In this document: in pieces, positions 52,811 to 64,000 of the stretch | Numbering within the stretch: position 1 is the stretch's first letter | Layout: every line of letters starts with the position of its first letter | Source: Octopus vulgaris | Lineage: Eukaryota | Length of the DNA: 64,000 nt | Direction of reading: 5' to 3' | Assembly: GCA_951406725.2 (NCBI GenBank) | Contig: OX597818.1 | Span: 59,396,001-59,460,000 of the forward strand | Program-made: the position numbers and the translations under genes | Notes under the pieces: model-generated | What the model saw: the letters and a program-made list of their open reading frames with translations, nothing else | The model's database searches: none | Told to the model about the DNA's origin: nothing

Positions 52811-53970
52811 AGGCGGTGTGCTGGCAGACACGCTAGAACGGCGGCCGAAATGCTTAACGGTATTAATGGTACTTTATTTATCGACCCCGAAAGGATGAAA
52901 GGCAAAGTCGAACTCGGCGGAGTTTGAACTCACTTCGTCTGCCGTTACGTTGTGAGTTCAAATTCCGCCGAGGTCGACTTTGCCTTTCATCCTATCAAGG
53001 TCGATAAATAAAGTACCAGTTACGCACTGGGGTCGATGTAATCGACTTAATACCTATGTCTGTCCTTGTTTGTCCCTTCTATGTTTAGCCCCTTGTGGGT
53101 AATAAAGAAATAGGTATTTCGTCTGCCGTTACGTTGTGAGTTCAAATTCCGCCGAGGTCGACTTTGCCTTTCATCCTTTCGGGGTCGATAAATTAAGTAC
53201 CAGTTACGCACTGGGGACAATATAATCGTCTTAATCCGTTTGTCTGTCCTTGTTTGTCCTCTGTGTGTTTAGCCCCTTGGGGGTAGTAAAGAAATAAGTA
53301 TTTCGTCTGCCGCTACCTTATGAGTTCAAATTCCGCCGAGGTCGACTTTACCTTTTATATACTTCGGATCTATTCAATTTGACGTACAGATTATCTAATT
53401 ATCATTTTTAACTAGACACTTTGAATCTTTCGATATTGGTACAATGTGTCCCATACAGCAGGATTTACTCTTAACGATTTTGACAAAATTTTATACTTTA
53501 TAAGCTGTATTTCGTCTGTCTTAATGCGTTCGTCTGTCCTTGTTTGTCCCCTCTACACATAGCCCCTTGTAGGCAGTAAAGAAATAAGAAACGTTAGCAC
53601 ACTAGGCAAAATGTTTAGCGGCATTTCGTTTGTCTTTACGTTCTCAGTTCAAATTGCGTCGAGGTTGACTTTGCTTTTCATCTTTTCGGGATCGATAAAT
53701 TAAGTACCAGTTACGCACTGGGGTCGATGTAATCGACTTAATACCTATGTCTGTCCTTGTTTGTCCCCTCTGTGTTTAGGCCCTTGTGGGTAGTAAAGAA
53801 ATAGGTATTTCGTCTATCTTTGCCTTCTGAGTTCAAATTACGCCGAGGTCGACCTTGCCTTTCATCGTTTCGGGGTCGATAAATTAAGTACCAGTTGCAT
53901 ACTAGGGTCAATCTAATCGACTGACCACCTCTCCCGAATTTTCAGGCCTTGTGCCTAGAGTAGAAAAAAC
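52811..53970 (+). mobile_element. SINE family C multimer cluster with a short inverted piece (52867-52931)
   Basis: Units restart at ttcgtc near 52935, 53118, 53301 and 53809 after aaagaaatag/aag; restart at gaaacgttagc near 53588; terminal tail ggccttgtgcctagagtagaaaaa. Confidence 0.88.
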
Positions 53971-55221
53971 TATTATGAATGTACTAATGAGAAGAGGAGG
54001 AGACACGTGGGGCAAAGAGTCACTGAAGAGGTCACTGATGTATGACGAAAGACTTCCAGACAAGGGACATAAAATAGAAAAAAATAATAAAGAAGTGAAG
54101 AATGAACATATAATGCGTGGGTTCATTTGGCAAGAACAGAAAATGTCCATCCCGAAATATAACAATGTCTATTATCTGTTAAATATTGGTAGCGTTTAAA
54201 GTTCTTTGATGTATCACCGTTTATCTTCGTTGTTTTGAGAATCGTCTACCTCAGGAGCGTCTTTAATACCTTCGTTTCTTAACTGTTAAAAAAAATAATA
54301 ACAAAACAGCTAAAACAACGTAAGGATACTGAAGAACTCCAATCAGATTTAGTGCTTCTCAAGTCTGACAATTTACGAGAAATAACTATTGTGCTATTCC
54401 GATGGTTTTTAATAAATTAGATTTTAAGTAACCCGCTGTAATCACTGGAAGTCGGATATAATTGAAAGAATATGAGAGAAAGTCAATGTAATACACAAAT
54501 CAAAATGATTTTTAATTACAATTATCCAGTTAATAGTCTCTTGAAGAATTGAGGAAGCCAAGTGAATGTAGATGACAATTTAATATTATTTGCATCTGAG
54601 TAACGATATTAGATTAAAATAATTTATTGTGAACTCTCGTCTCGATTGACGTAAATTCTAGCAATTATTACTCGCTTTGTTATCTGCTGCACCGGCTTAG
54701 ACTGTCAAATCATAATTATCAAAGAAAAGATCATCACAGACAGGAAATATTGTTAACAATTAAAGAACATTACGTAAAAAATAACAATATATCTCTGACA
54801 GGTGTAATGTGGTCGTCAATCGAGCCTTTTCCATCCATCATTATCTGGTTATTCACACGCTTAATGACATCTGGTGTTATTACTCTCATAAGATATTTGT
54901 ATATCGTAGAGAACTAATCAATTTCACAGAGCGAGTCTTTGTCACATATAAATATTTTCAGCGTAATTAATAATAATCTCTGTGGAACAATCTAACTCAA
55001 AATATTTTATTAATATGAATATCAGGTAAAATAAGGCATGGTTATAATTGTTTTGTTTTGTTTTTTATAGAATGAGATATGCGATTCTTTGAATAAAATC
55101 TTTGACTTTTATTCAGATGTAGATGCTTAAATCCTGGTATTTAACAAATGGTAGTGAGTCCATCCAACCTCATACGCACACACACACAAACACATACATA
55201 CATATATATGTATATATATAA

Positions 55222-55696
55222 GGGCGGCGAGCTGGCAGAAACGTTAGCACGTCGGGCGAAATGCGTAGCCGTATTTCGTCTGCCGTTAAGTGTTCTGGGT
55301 TCAAATTCCGCCGAGGTCGACTTTGCCTTTCATCCTTTCGGGGTCGATAAATTAAGTACCAGTTACACTGGGGTCGATGTAATCGGCTTAATCCGTTTGT
55401 CTGTCCTTGTTTGTCCCCTCTATGTTTAGCCCCTTCTGGGTAGTAAAGAAATATATATATGTATATATATTTCTTTATTTCCCACAAAGAGCTAAACATA
55501 GAGGGACAAATAAGGACAGACAAACGGATTAAGTCGATTATATCGACCATAGATACGAAATAGGTACTTTATTTATCGACCCCGAAAGGATGAAACGCAA
55601 AGTCGACCTCGGCCGAATTTGAACTCATAACGTAACGGCAAACGAAATACGGCTTCGCATTTCGCCCGGCGTGCTAACGTTTCTGCCAGCTAGCCA
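55222..55696. mobile_element. Tail-to-tail inverted pair of SINE family C monomers joined by (TA)n
   Basis: Plus copy 55222-55451 ends tagtaaagaaata; minus copy 55470-55696 begins tttctttatttcccac. Confidence 0.9.
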
Positions 55697-55799
55697 CATT
55701 AAAGACATATATACATATATATATGATACTCGGCTTCCGTACGATAGAATTTTATTATGCTTTGGTTGGTTTCGAGTATTATCTTTCAACCTTCTTCTG

Positions 55800-55914
<115 letters not shown>

Positions 55915-56978
55915 CTATGCAGAAGAGCAGATCAATAGATCAGTACAAGTGGTAATATTTGTCTTGATGATAAGAAGACGTTAGTACGAGCTTCATTCAT
56001 TCACAATCATACCTTCTGGAACAGGTATCACTCTGTTCTCACTTTAAGTCCTCTGCCAATTGGATAACAGTCATGCCTTCAAATCAATACACAGCAGAAG
56101 TAGTTTCTTTTGATCGATAATCATGGAAAAGGTTTTGATAAGTTTCTGAGTCCAACACAATACCTTCAGATTATACAGGTGTGCTATTTGAAAAGATTTT
56201 GTAGAAAGGCAGAATTTCTGGAAAATGCGTAGGAATTTAAACAAAGCGCCGCGAGTTAAGTAGAAAGCAAGAGATAAATGTAGGATTGTAGTTATAAGAG
56301 ACGAGCATCTTTCTGATAATTGCCAATATTTGTTGATGGACAAATATCTACTTATGTTTAATCTACGTTTCATTGGGTTCTTTTGTATTATCATTTTCAT
56401 GCTCTATGCGAGGAAGCCGTAAAATGGCATCTATTAGTTATTTCTTGTTAGCGTTGTTTGTATCTGCTCAATTCTTAAGTTGAATAATGCCTATTGAACG
56501 AAATGAAAATCAATGAGATAAATTAGAGCGCCAAGATTTTATATATTACTGGGAAAATAGAAGGTTATTCACAGATAAACGTTTCGTAAGCGGATAGATT
56601 TTAATAAAAGATCAATTGATTTTATAAGGGTTGACTGAGGAATTCATAGAAACCAATAACACAATATAAAGTAATTTCGCTTTTCATTTTCTAGCAATTT
56701 ATATAAAGATAGTTAACTTGCGCAACAGAATATATAATTAGATTCCTCAAAGGCGTATCATTATTGATAGTTACAATTAATAATCCATTGTTGGATACAC
56801 CTGTATCAAAATATGTTCTCGAAATATCTGGAGTTTTTTTCATATCGGTGCTCGACAGGTTACGTATGCTTAAAGCTGTAGGAATTAAATATACTAGTTT
56901 CATTGTCGCTCTCTTCCCCGCTTTCTCTCTGTATGTGTATTTGTGTGCTTCTGTCTATATGTGTGTGTATGTGTGTGT

Positions 56979-57022
<44 letters not shown>

Positions 57023-57099
57023 GCTTAACATGTTATAATGTATATATAAAAATTAAAAATTGTATAATACAGCAGCATTTTCGAACTTCATTTTTTACA

Positions 57100-57183
<84 letters not shown>

Positions 57184-57317
57184 GTGTATATATATATATA
57201 TGTAAACATATACATATATATATTTATGTGTGTATATATATATATGTATATGTATATATGTATATATATATGTGTGTGTGTATGTATCTATCTATCTATC
57301 TGTCTATATATATATAA

Positions 57318-57505
57318 AATCGTTGGCGATTTTTTCCTCTGTCTTCCCTTCTCTGGATCTTTCCTTCTCCTATGTTTCCGACGAAGAGCTCCGCTCGAAA
57401 CGTTGAACCCTCCTTTCTTTCTTTCCTGAGCTTCCAATAATACTATATTTGTTCCACGTCCTCGCGCTGTTGTGATTTTGTGCTTTCTTGTTTGGATTAA
57501 TATAT
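57318..57505 (+). mobile_element. TA-flanked Penelope-type short element with hammerhead-like motif (57374-57408)
   Basis: gttt-CCGACGA-a-gagc-tcc-gctc-GAAA-cg-TT-gaac. Confidence 0.7.
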
Positions 57506-57609
57506 TATATATATATATATATATGAATATATATGAATGTTATAATTTCTAAATCTCTCTACAGGAGAGACACAGCAGCAGTACTATGTATTAATATTAA
57601 TATTTATTG

Positions 57610-57875
57610 CCAAACTTACGTAGCAGTCCAGACAAATAGGGCGAATGCTGCTGTTGAATGGCTCGGAGAGGCGATCGGGATGAGCGGGATGGGCTACTCG
57701 ACCTGAAGAAAAATCCTAACTTGGCCCCACCTGCAAGGTCATGCGCTGTTCATCTTGATATGAGATCACTATGCCGTGCATATATGGTTGTGATGCATGT
57801 CTCTGGTGCACTTTTATCAGGCGGGTGGTCATGATGGGTAAACTGAGCTTCGTATAATTTACCCCAGTGTCACTT
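57610..57875. mobile_element. AAT-abutting repeat module (inverse of 17716-17875), probable Dong-type UTR
   Basis: Shared sequence; followed by (AAC)(AAT)n. Confidence 0.55.
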
Positions 57876-57901
57876 TTAACAACAACAACAACAACAACAA
57901 C

Positions 57902-58185
<284 letters not shown>

Positions 58186-58476
58186 GGTATTAATGAATTT
58201 TTCTTCATTATGAAAGAATTTGAAATTGTTTATGACTTATAGAATTTGTATAAACCTGGTTATCTCCCTGCTAGTAAATGCCACCTACGTACCACGTGTT
58301 TATAAAATTAAACAGTTGTAATAAACTCACAGCATCAGTAGATGGAAACAAAGCACAGGGTCTCAGTGGAATAAGGAAATAAAATTCATTGCAATTCCAA
58401 TCCATGTCATATTTTCAATTGAAGTTTGAAGAATATTTCTAGTCATTTATATCATAGGTTTTTGTTTTATAGAAAA

Positions 58477-58869
58477 CTAGCAGTATCACCCGGCGTTGCT
58501 CGGGTTTGTAAGGGAAATAACTATATAAGCATTTTTAGAGAGTTATCGCCAAAATATAGCAAAAAAATGCATTAAAACTGGAAAAAAAAATTATGCTAAT
58601 TTTTTTTTTAAATCGTTGTCTCATCGTAGACATTTTTAGAGAGTTACTTCCCTTATATAATATCGAAAAAATGCATTAAAATGGAAAAAAAATGATGGTA
58701 AATTTTTTTTTAAATCGTAGACTCATCGTAGACGCGCGCTAATACCCAGAAGGGCTCGATATGAATCACAACTCCCCGGTTTTGGTTAAACTGCACCGCA
58801 AAATGTGGGAGTAGTTAGGAATCTAAATCGTAGGAGACAGACACACAACTTCACTTTTATATATAAAGG
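58477..58869 (-). mobile_element. Non-autonomous Helitron, type 1 (solo copy)
   Basis: Plus strand a|ctagcagtatcacccggcgttgctcggg...cacaacttcacttttatatataaagg|t; collinear with 43598-43994. Confidence 0.88.
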
Positions 58870-59989
58870 TATAACAAAAAGTGGGAGAAATTAATCAATT
58901 AACGTACACACTTGAAACAATCTTAGATTAAAGAACCGGTATATGCATACAAACACGGAACTAGCAATTGTAAAATTTTGTAGCGTAGAAATATCGCCAA
59001 GGGATTTGTATCTTTAAAACGTAGGGCATCACTCGCAACGCTTGTGAGACATGGTTTTTTAAACCAGATTTGATCGTCTCTCTACACTATTCGTCATTTA
59101 GATCAATTGACCTCGAATGATAGTGTCTGGCGACCTGTCGGTATTTTGAGCAGAACTCTGTATTTTAAGCTTTGAATATCTGTTTGTGATGTTTCTAAGC
59201 GAGAAAATGTTTCATCTCGTACCGTTCCACGTTTCTATTCCTACTGCATATATTATACACATAATATCTCTATGCCTATTTAAAAGCAAACGGCTGTGAA
59301 GGAACACTTAATTTTGACTTGAACTTTCAGCTAGATTTCCGAGTGTCAGAATATTTGTAATCAATATTCGTATAAAATATAATCCGTTTTATTAAGTTTA
59401 TTCCATGAATATCAGCTATTCTTAAACATGAATACGAAGCGTAAGTAAATACGCTCTAAGGATTAAAGTATCCAGTCTTGAATTTCGCGATCAATAATGT
59501 GGCAGCATTTATTGCCTAAGATACGTCCAGTTATCTGTCGCCGAGATGCAAGGACTTGTAAGAAGCTATTAATAAACCATTATTAGAAATCAATAAAAAC
59601 AATTTAATTAGAGCATAATCAATGTTCAGTGATGTCTGGAGTAAACACTGCTGTTCTCTAATCGTATATATATTTCGGTCTTAAATATCTAATTTGCAGA
59701 GGTGAGAAATTCGACCTCGTTTAGTTTGATATTTTATATATTTATTATCTTCCTGTTTTGATTTGCTCGACCGTGGCCATCCTAGACGTCTGCCCTCACT
59801 GGTTTGTGTTCGATTGGTTTTAGTTCACCCCAATATAAGGTTCAATGTGGTAATTATTTTATCGATTTTCTTGTATGGAGTCACTTTATAGATGTAAAGC
59901 AAACCAAATCGGAAACTTTCACAAGTAAATATAGACACATAGAAACAGGGAAACGTGTTAGCAGATGTTAATATTATTAAAAATTGAGA

Positions 59990-60180
59990 CAGCGAGCTGG
60001 CGGAACGGGTAGTAGGCTGGGCAAATTGATCACAATTTTAGTTCAATATCCGCCAAGGTCGACTTTATATTTCATCTTTTCGAGATCTATAACAAAGTTG
60101 CCAGTTGAGCACAGAGGTCTATGTAATTGACATACTCCCTTCCCCGAACTTCCTGGCCTTGTGCCAAACATTTGAAACCA
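59990..60180 (+). mobile_element. Old SINE family C copy
   Basis: gcgagctggcggaacg...gttcaatatccgccaaggtcgacttt...ggccttgtgcc. Confidence 0.65.
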
Positions 60181-60941
60181 ATAATATTAGAAAATATTCT
60201 TCCATCTCTCGACTTATAGTTCCGGTTGATATTCATTGAATAAACTTAATAAAACAGACGCAGACATCGAAACGGTTTCAGCCTAGACAAAAACATCGTC
60301 GGCATTATATACTCCTATGTTTAGAGATGGGGAAAATACACACGTAAGGGAAACCCTTATCGCGGGCACTAATTTTCTTACTGAAAATATAATATTTACA
60401 GAATGAAAACTACTAAAAATGGCAACATTCTTAGTTATGTTCGTATGGATAACAAAAAATATTTAAAGAGAGTATCGAAAAATAGCCAAGGCTGCTGAAG
60501 GGCAAACTGTCAGCTCTTTTTAAAAAGCTAAGGGGAATAACTGCCGCTATCTTTGTCCAACAAATACAGATGCACTCTTAGGAGAATGTGTAAGTCACTA
60601 GGCACAGATGTGGTAGCCATTAGTGAGACCGTGAAGATTAACGTTAACGTCCATCCTTTCACCATTGATAAAATAGGCTATCTATTCAGTACGGGGTTAG
60701 TGTAAAGGTCTAGCCGCTTTACCTCAAATCTGCTGGGTTTCTAGTTTCGCCGGTACTTGCTTTTCGATAGCTGTCCGATTCATTACCACCTCCGTTCAAA
60801 TTCCGCCGAATTCCACTTTCCTTTTCATAATTTTGGAGAATTTAAAGTAAGTACCAGCTGTATCGTGGACCGATGTTATCGACTTATCCACTCACTGCGA
60901 AATTCCAGTCCTTCTGCCTATAGTAGAAAGGCTTGTCTTTA

Positions 60942-60999
<58 letters not shown>

Positions 61000-61389
61000 C
61001 ATTATTATTATTATTATTGAACTTGCTCAGGTTTGTTCTTATTCTTCGTAGGATTTATGTGGGAAGTGTGTATTACCTGTAACCTTAGGTATCCGAAAGC
61101 TTTCAATTGTCTTTGAAATGCTAAAAACCCTCCTCATAATCTTTCCCGTTTCTAAGGAGCAAACTTTCTGTAGAAACTCTACAAGGCATTCTACTACAAT
61201 CGCCTTCAACTATTTGCCTATATCTATGTTCACAGTTCGCAAAGTACGAATTATTACAAGTACAACATTTACCGTTTTCACACTGCAAATTCTTGTAATT
61301 TCAAAGTTTAAGAAATTGTATTAGGTTGTCAAGAAAGTTCTTGCGGTTTTTAACGTTTAAATTCAGATGCACATCTCTCAGCTCAAACA

Positions 61390-61535
61390 AAACTTTATTA
61401 ATTGAAACTGTCACCATGACATTGTTTTGGTGCAACCTTCGCTTCGCAAAGTGCCGTGGAGGTTCGTCGGCGTCGAACCACTGAGCTGAGCATCGCCGGT
61501 TGTCGTAAAGGATCCACTTTTCATTGAGAAACTGG
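61390..61535 (-). pseudogene. Mariner transposase fragment
   Basis: NEKWILYDNRRCSAQWFDADEPPRHFAKRRLHQNNVMVTV, matching the mariner DEKWILYDN...LHQKKVMV region. Confidence 0.85.
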
Positions 61536-63665
61536 TCGGGCACTGGACGAGTGCGTACAGAATGGCTTCGTTGCTCTGCGCACATCTCAGGCAGGTGCGA
61601 CTGAAGGCACTCCCATGCCTGTAGAGTTTATCTTCAACAGGCAAAGCCCCTCTGTAGTACTGCCAGGACAGGGATTATGGAAGTTATCCATAGGTCCCGG
61701 TCCGAAAGTCCTCCGGAACAATCTGGCACGTTGAAATTCATGGACGCCTAGAGACCCCAAGAAAGTCGTCATTTCCTATAACCAATAATCCTCTATACAA
61801 CGCCATAATAGAACTTCCACTAACAGCATTGCCCGACTGACTGAGGAACGAAACCATTCTGTACGCACTCGTCCAGTGCCCGAGCATATCTGATATATGG
61901 GTTTGTCGGACACATGGCGTTACTCAAGGTGCCAGACGCCTAGCCTCGGTCTAAGCTTGATTCAAGATTGCAGCTCACTGAAAGAGACTAGCTGTGGGAA
62001 AGGGAGTATGACAAATGGTGACCACACCTTCTTACCGTTGTCGAGGAAATTTTGAATGTGCCGCAGCCTCAGCGCATGACTGCGCGTCACCAGCCACAGC
62101 ATACTCAGCCCACCGTTCATAAGGTGTTGAAAGCGAATATAGCGCCTGAGCAGCGGAATCCGTCCCTTCCATAAAAGGCGGAAAACAAACTCTCCAGCTT
62201 CACCAGGTACGAACTGGAGCAAGGCACGAATGTGAGGCGGTGGTAAATGACTGAGGCTACATATGTGTTCGCCAGCTCTGCCCCACCTTTCAAGGATCGC
62301 TACCTCTCAGCCTATTTCTAGGTGAGGCTGGCTACCCTGCTCGTCACCTCGCTCCAGTTCTTCTCCAGTTGTAGTTCCGGTCCGAAACAGACCCCGAGCA
62401 ATTTTACGGGCCCAACGCTGTCAGTCAGCATGGATCTGCTTCTCCAGGGGCCGAGCTGCAGGCCCACTAATTTTTACAGATTAATCTTTGCTCTCATTAC
62501 TTTCTCATATTCTTTCACAGTAGTACTGACCAAATGTATATGCTTGTCGTCCGACATTATGACGAGGACGTTGTCTGCGTATACCGACACAACTCACCAC
62601 CATCCTAGTTCACGCGAGATGCCTCTCAATGTCTCCAGTTTCCAAAGTAAGAGGGTCAATAAATACAGAAGGTGTTGGAAGCGTGGGTATTGGTGTGTTG
62701 TTCTTGTTGCTGTTGTTCTTTTCGGATGATCTTGAATGGTTTTGTGGGGGCTACAGCTTGCTTATTTGTTGGAGCACTGTTGTGTCTCTTCTTAGACTTT
62801 TAGATGTGACTTCCGTCCACTCAATTCTGTCGGTCTCCGAACAACATGTCTGAGTGGTCAGAGTCGGGAAGGGGTAGTTCTAGTGGGTCAAAATTTGCGA
62901 ATGTTTTTTGTTCTCCTGAAAAGAGCTACGGTGATAGTATTTTTGTAGGCGCTGTGCTGATGGTTGAGGTCAGCCCCTCTTTTGTTATGGGCGTTGTTAT
63001 CTCTCGCGTAATAGTTGTTGTTGTTATTGGTGTGTTTGCTCGAGCCCTCTCTAGTTTCTCTTCTTGGGGTTTCTTCTCATGTTGGGGTTGCTTTTGTTGT
63101 TGAGGTTGCTTCTGTAGTTGGGGTTACTTCGGTTGTTGTGTGGGTGGTGCTTGTATCAAAAGGGTAGTGCCCTCCTTTTGTTTAATTTCTGGGCAGAAGG
63201 CTTTATGGTGGTTATTCTGTCCGTATTGATAACATCTTGGCCTTCTGCCCTCAACTGTAACGTTCAGCATAGTGCCATCTGTAAGGCTGAGTTAGTCAGG
63301 AATTTGATACAAAATGTCTTGGTTTATTTGGGTCATTATTTGTAATTCTAGACCAGTTCAGTTGTGTTTTCCTTGTTTCTCGCCTTGGATAATTCTGATT
63401 TTATCTTCCACGTCGAGGAGCACAGCGGCGACAATCCAGCAAGTATTCATTCCTGGTGGTATTTCCAGTGTTTTTATCCTGGTGACGCGCCGTCCCAAGT
63501 ATGTTGGAACTAGGACAAGTTCACTGTTTCTCAGCTGGGTTGTTGAGTGCTGCTTTGCAAATCTGACTTCAATTTTGCTAAATTTCTTACACCTTGACAT
63601 ATATGTTGTCTTTCCAAATAGGTTGCAAGCACTTTTCACCAGCTTGTTTTGTGGCAGGTTTTTAA
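61536..63665 (-). mobile_element. Rearranged Tx1/L1-clade LINE: ORF1 remnant, large internal deletion, RT C-terminal part and CCHC finger
   Basis: ORF1-like LVPTYLGRRVTRIK (63358-63639); VSVYADNV (~62580); FRLLWKG...HLMNGGLSM; CLRCAQSNEAILYALVQCP (61540-61600). Confidence 0.78.
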
Positions 63666-63699
63666 CGTCTATTTTTTAAAGATATAGTTTTATACACTA

Positions 63700-64000
63700 C
63701 TAGCAGTATCGACCGGCGTTGTTCGGGTTTGTTTCGACCTTTTATAATTGGAATTTTTGAAAAGTAAACATGTTGCATTACGTAGCTTGTTGTTCTCTTT
63801 AAGTAAACATTTTAATGGTTGAAATACACAGAAAAATGGCGACGCAGCAGTCAAAAAATCGTACAAAATAGGGATTTTCATGAGAAAAAAACACCTTTTG
63901 ATGTAAAAATTTTTTAGTATTAACATGGTCCGACTTGAATTTATTCTTTTACAGAATGAAGTGCAAACCTTCTTCTGTCATACTCTCAATTTTGGTCAAC
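63700..64000 (-). mobile_element. Helitron 3' end with a third type of internal sequence; runs off the window
   Basis: Plus strand a|ctagcagtatcgaccggcgttgttcgggtttgt, then diverges from types 1 and 2. Confidence 0.75.

Noticed and set aside
55990-56400. 109-aa ORF and coding-like composition
   Set aside because: No recognisable motif in the frames examined by eye.
60540-60632. Possible APE endonuclease start (TDVVAISET)
   Set aside because: Single short motif with no continuation; insufficient evidence.

Overview
AT-rich, repeat-saturated eukaryotic DNA. The SINE families and abundant (TA)n/(ATT)n microsatellites suggest a coleoid cephalopod, probably Octopus (inference). I found no supportable host protein-coding gene; nearly all listed ORFs are microsatellite translations or transposon remnants. 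The window holds three tRNA-derived SINE families, decayed non-LTR elements (two R4/Dong-type RLE elements at ATT tracts, two Tx1/L1-type, RTE, CR1/L2-like), mariner and pogo/Tigger remnants, four non-autonomous Helitrons, and many short Penelope-type terminal fragments with hammerhead-ribozyme-like motifs. Most notable: (1) a composite Helitron (43598-46789) that splits one SINE and carries an inverted 2.4-kb copy of 35371-38244, whose two donor junctions are empty A|T Helitron target sites; (2) about a dozen minimal type-I hammerhead-like motifs from several families, one with a canonical core (39755-39844); (3) head-to-tail Nin-SINE multimers with recurring exact junctions; (4) several fold-backs and a templated inverted duplication. 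All alignments and translations were done by eye, so boundaries are approximate unless a motif is quoted.
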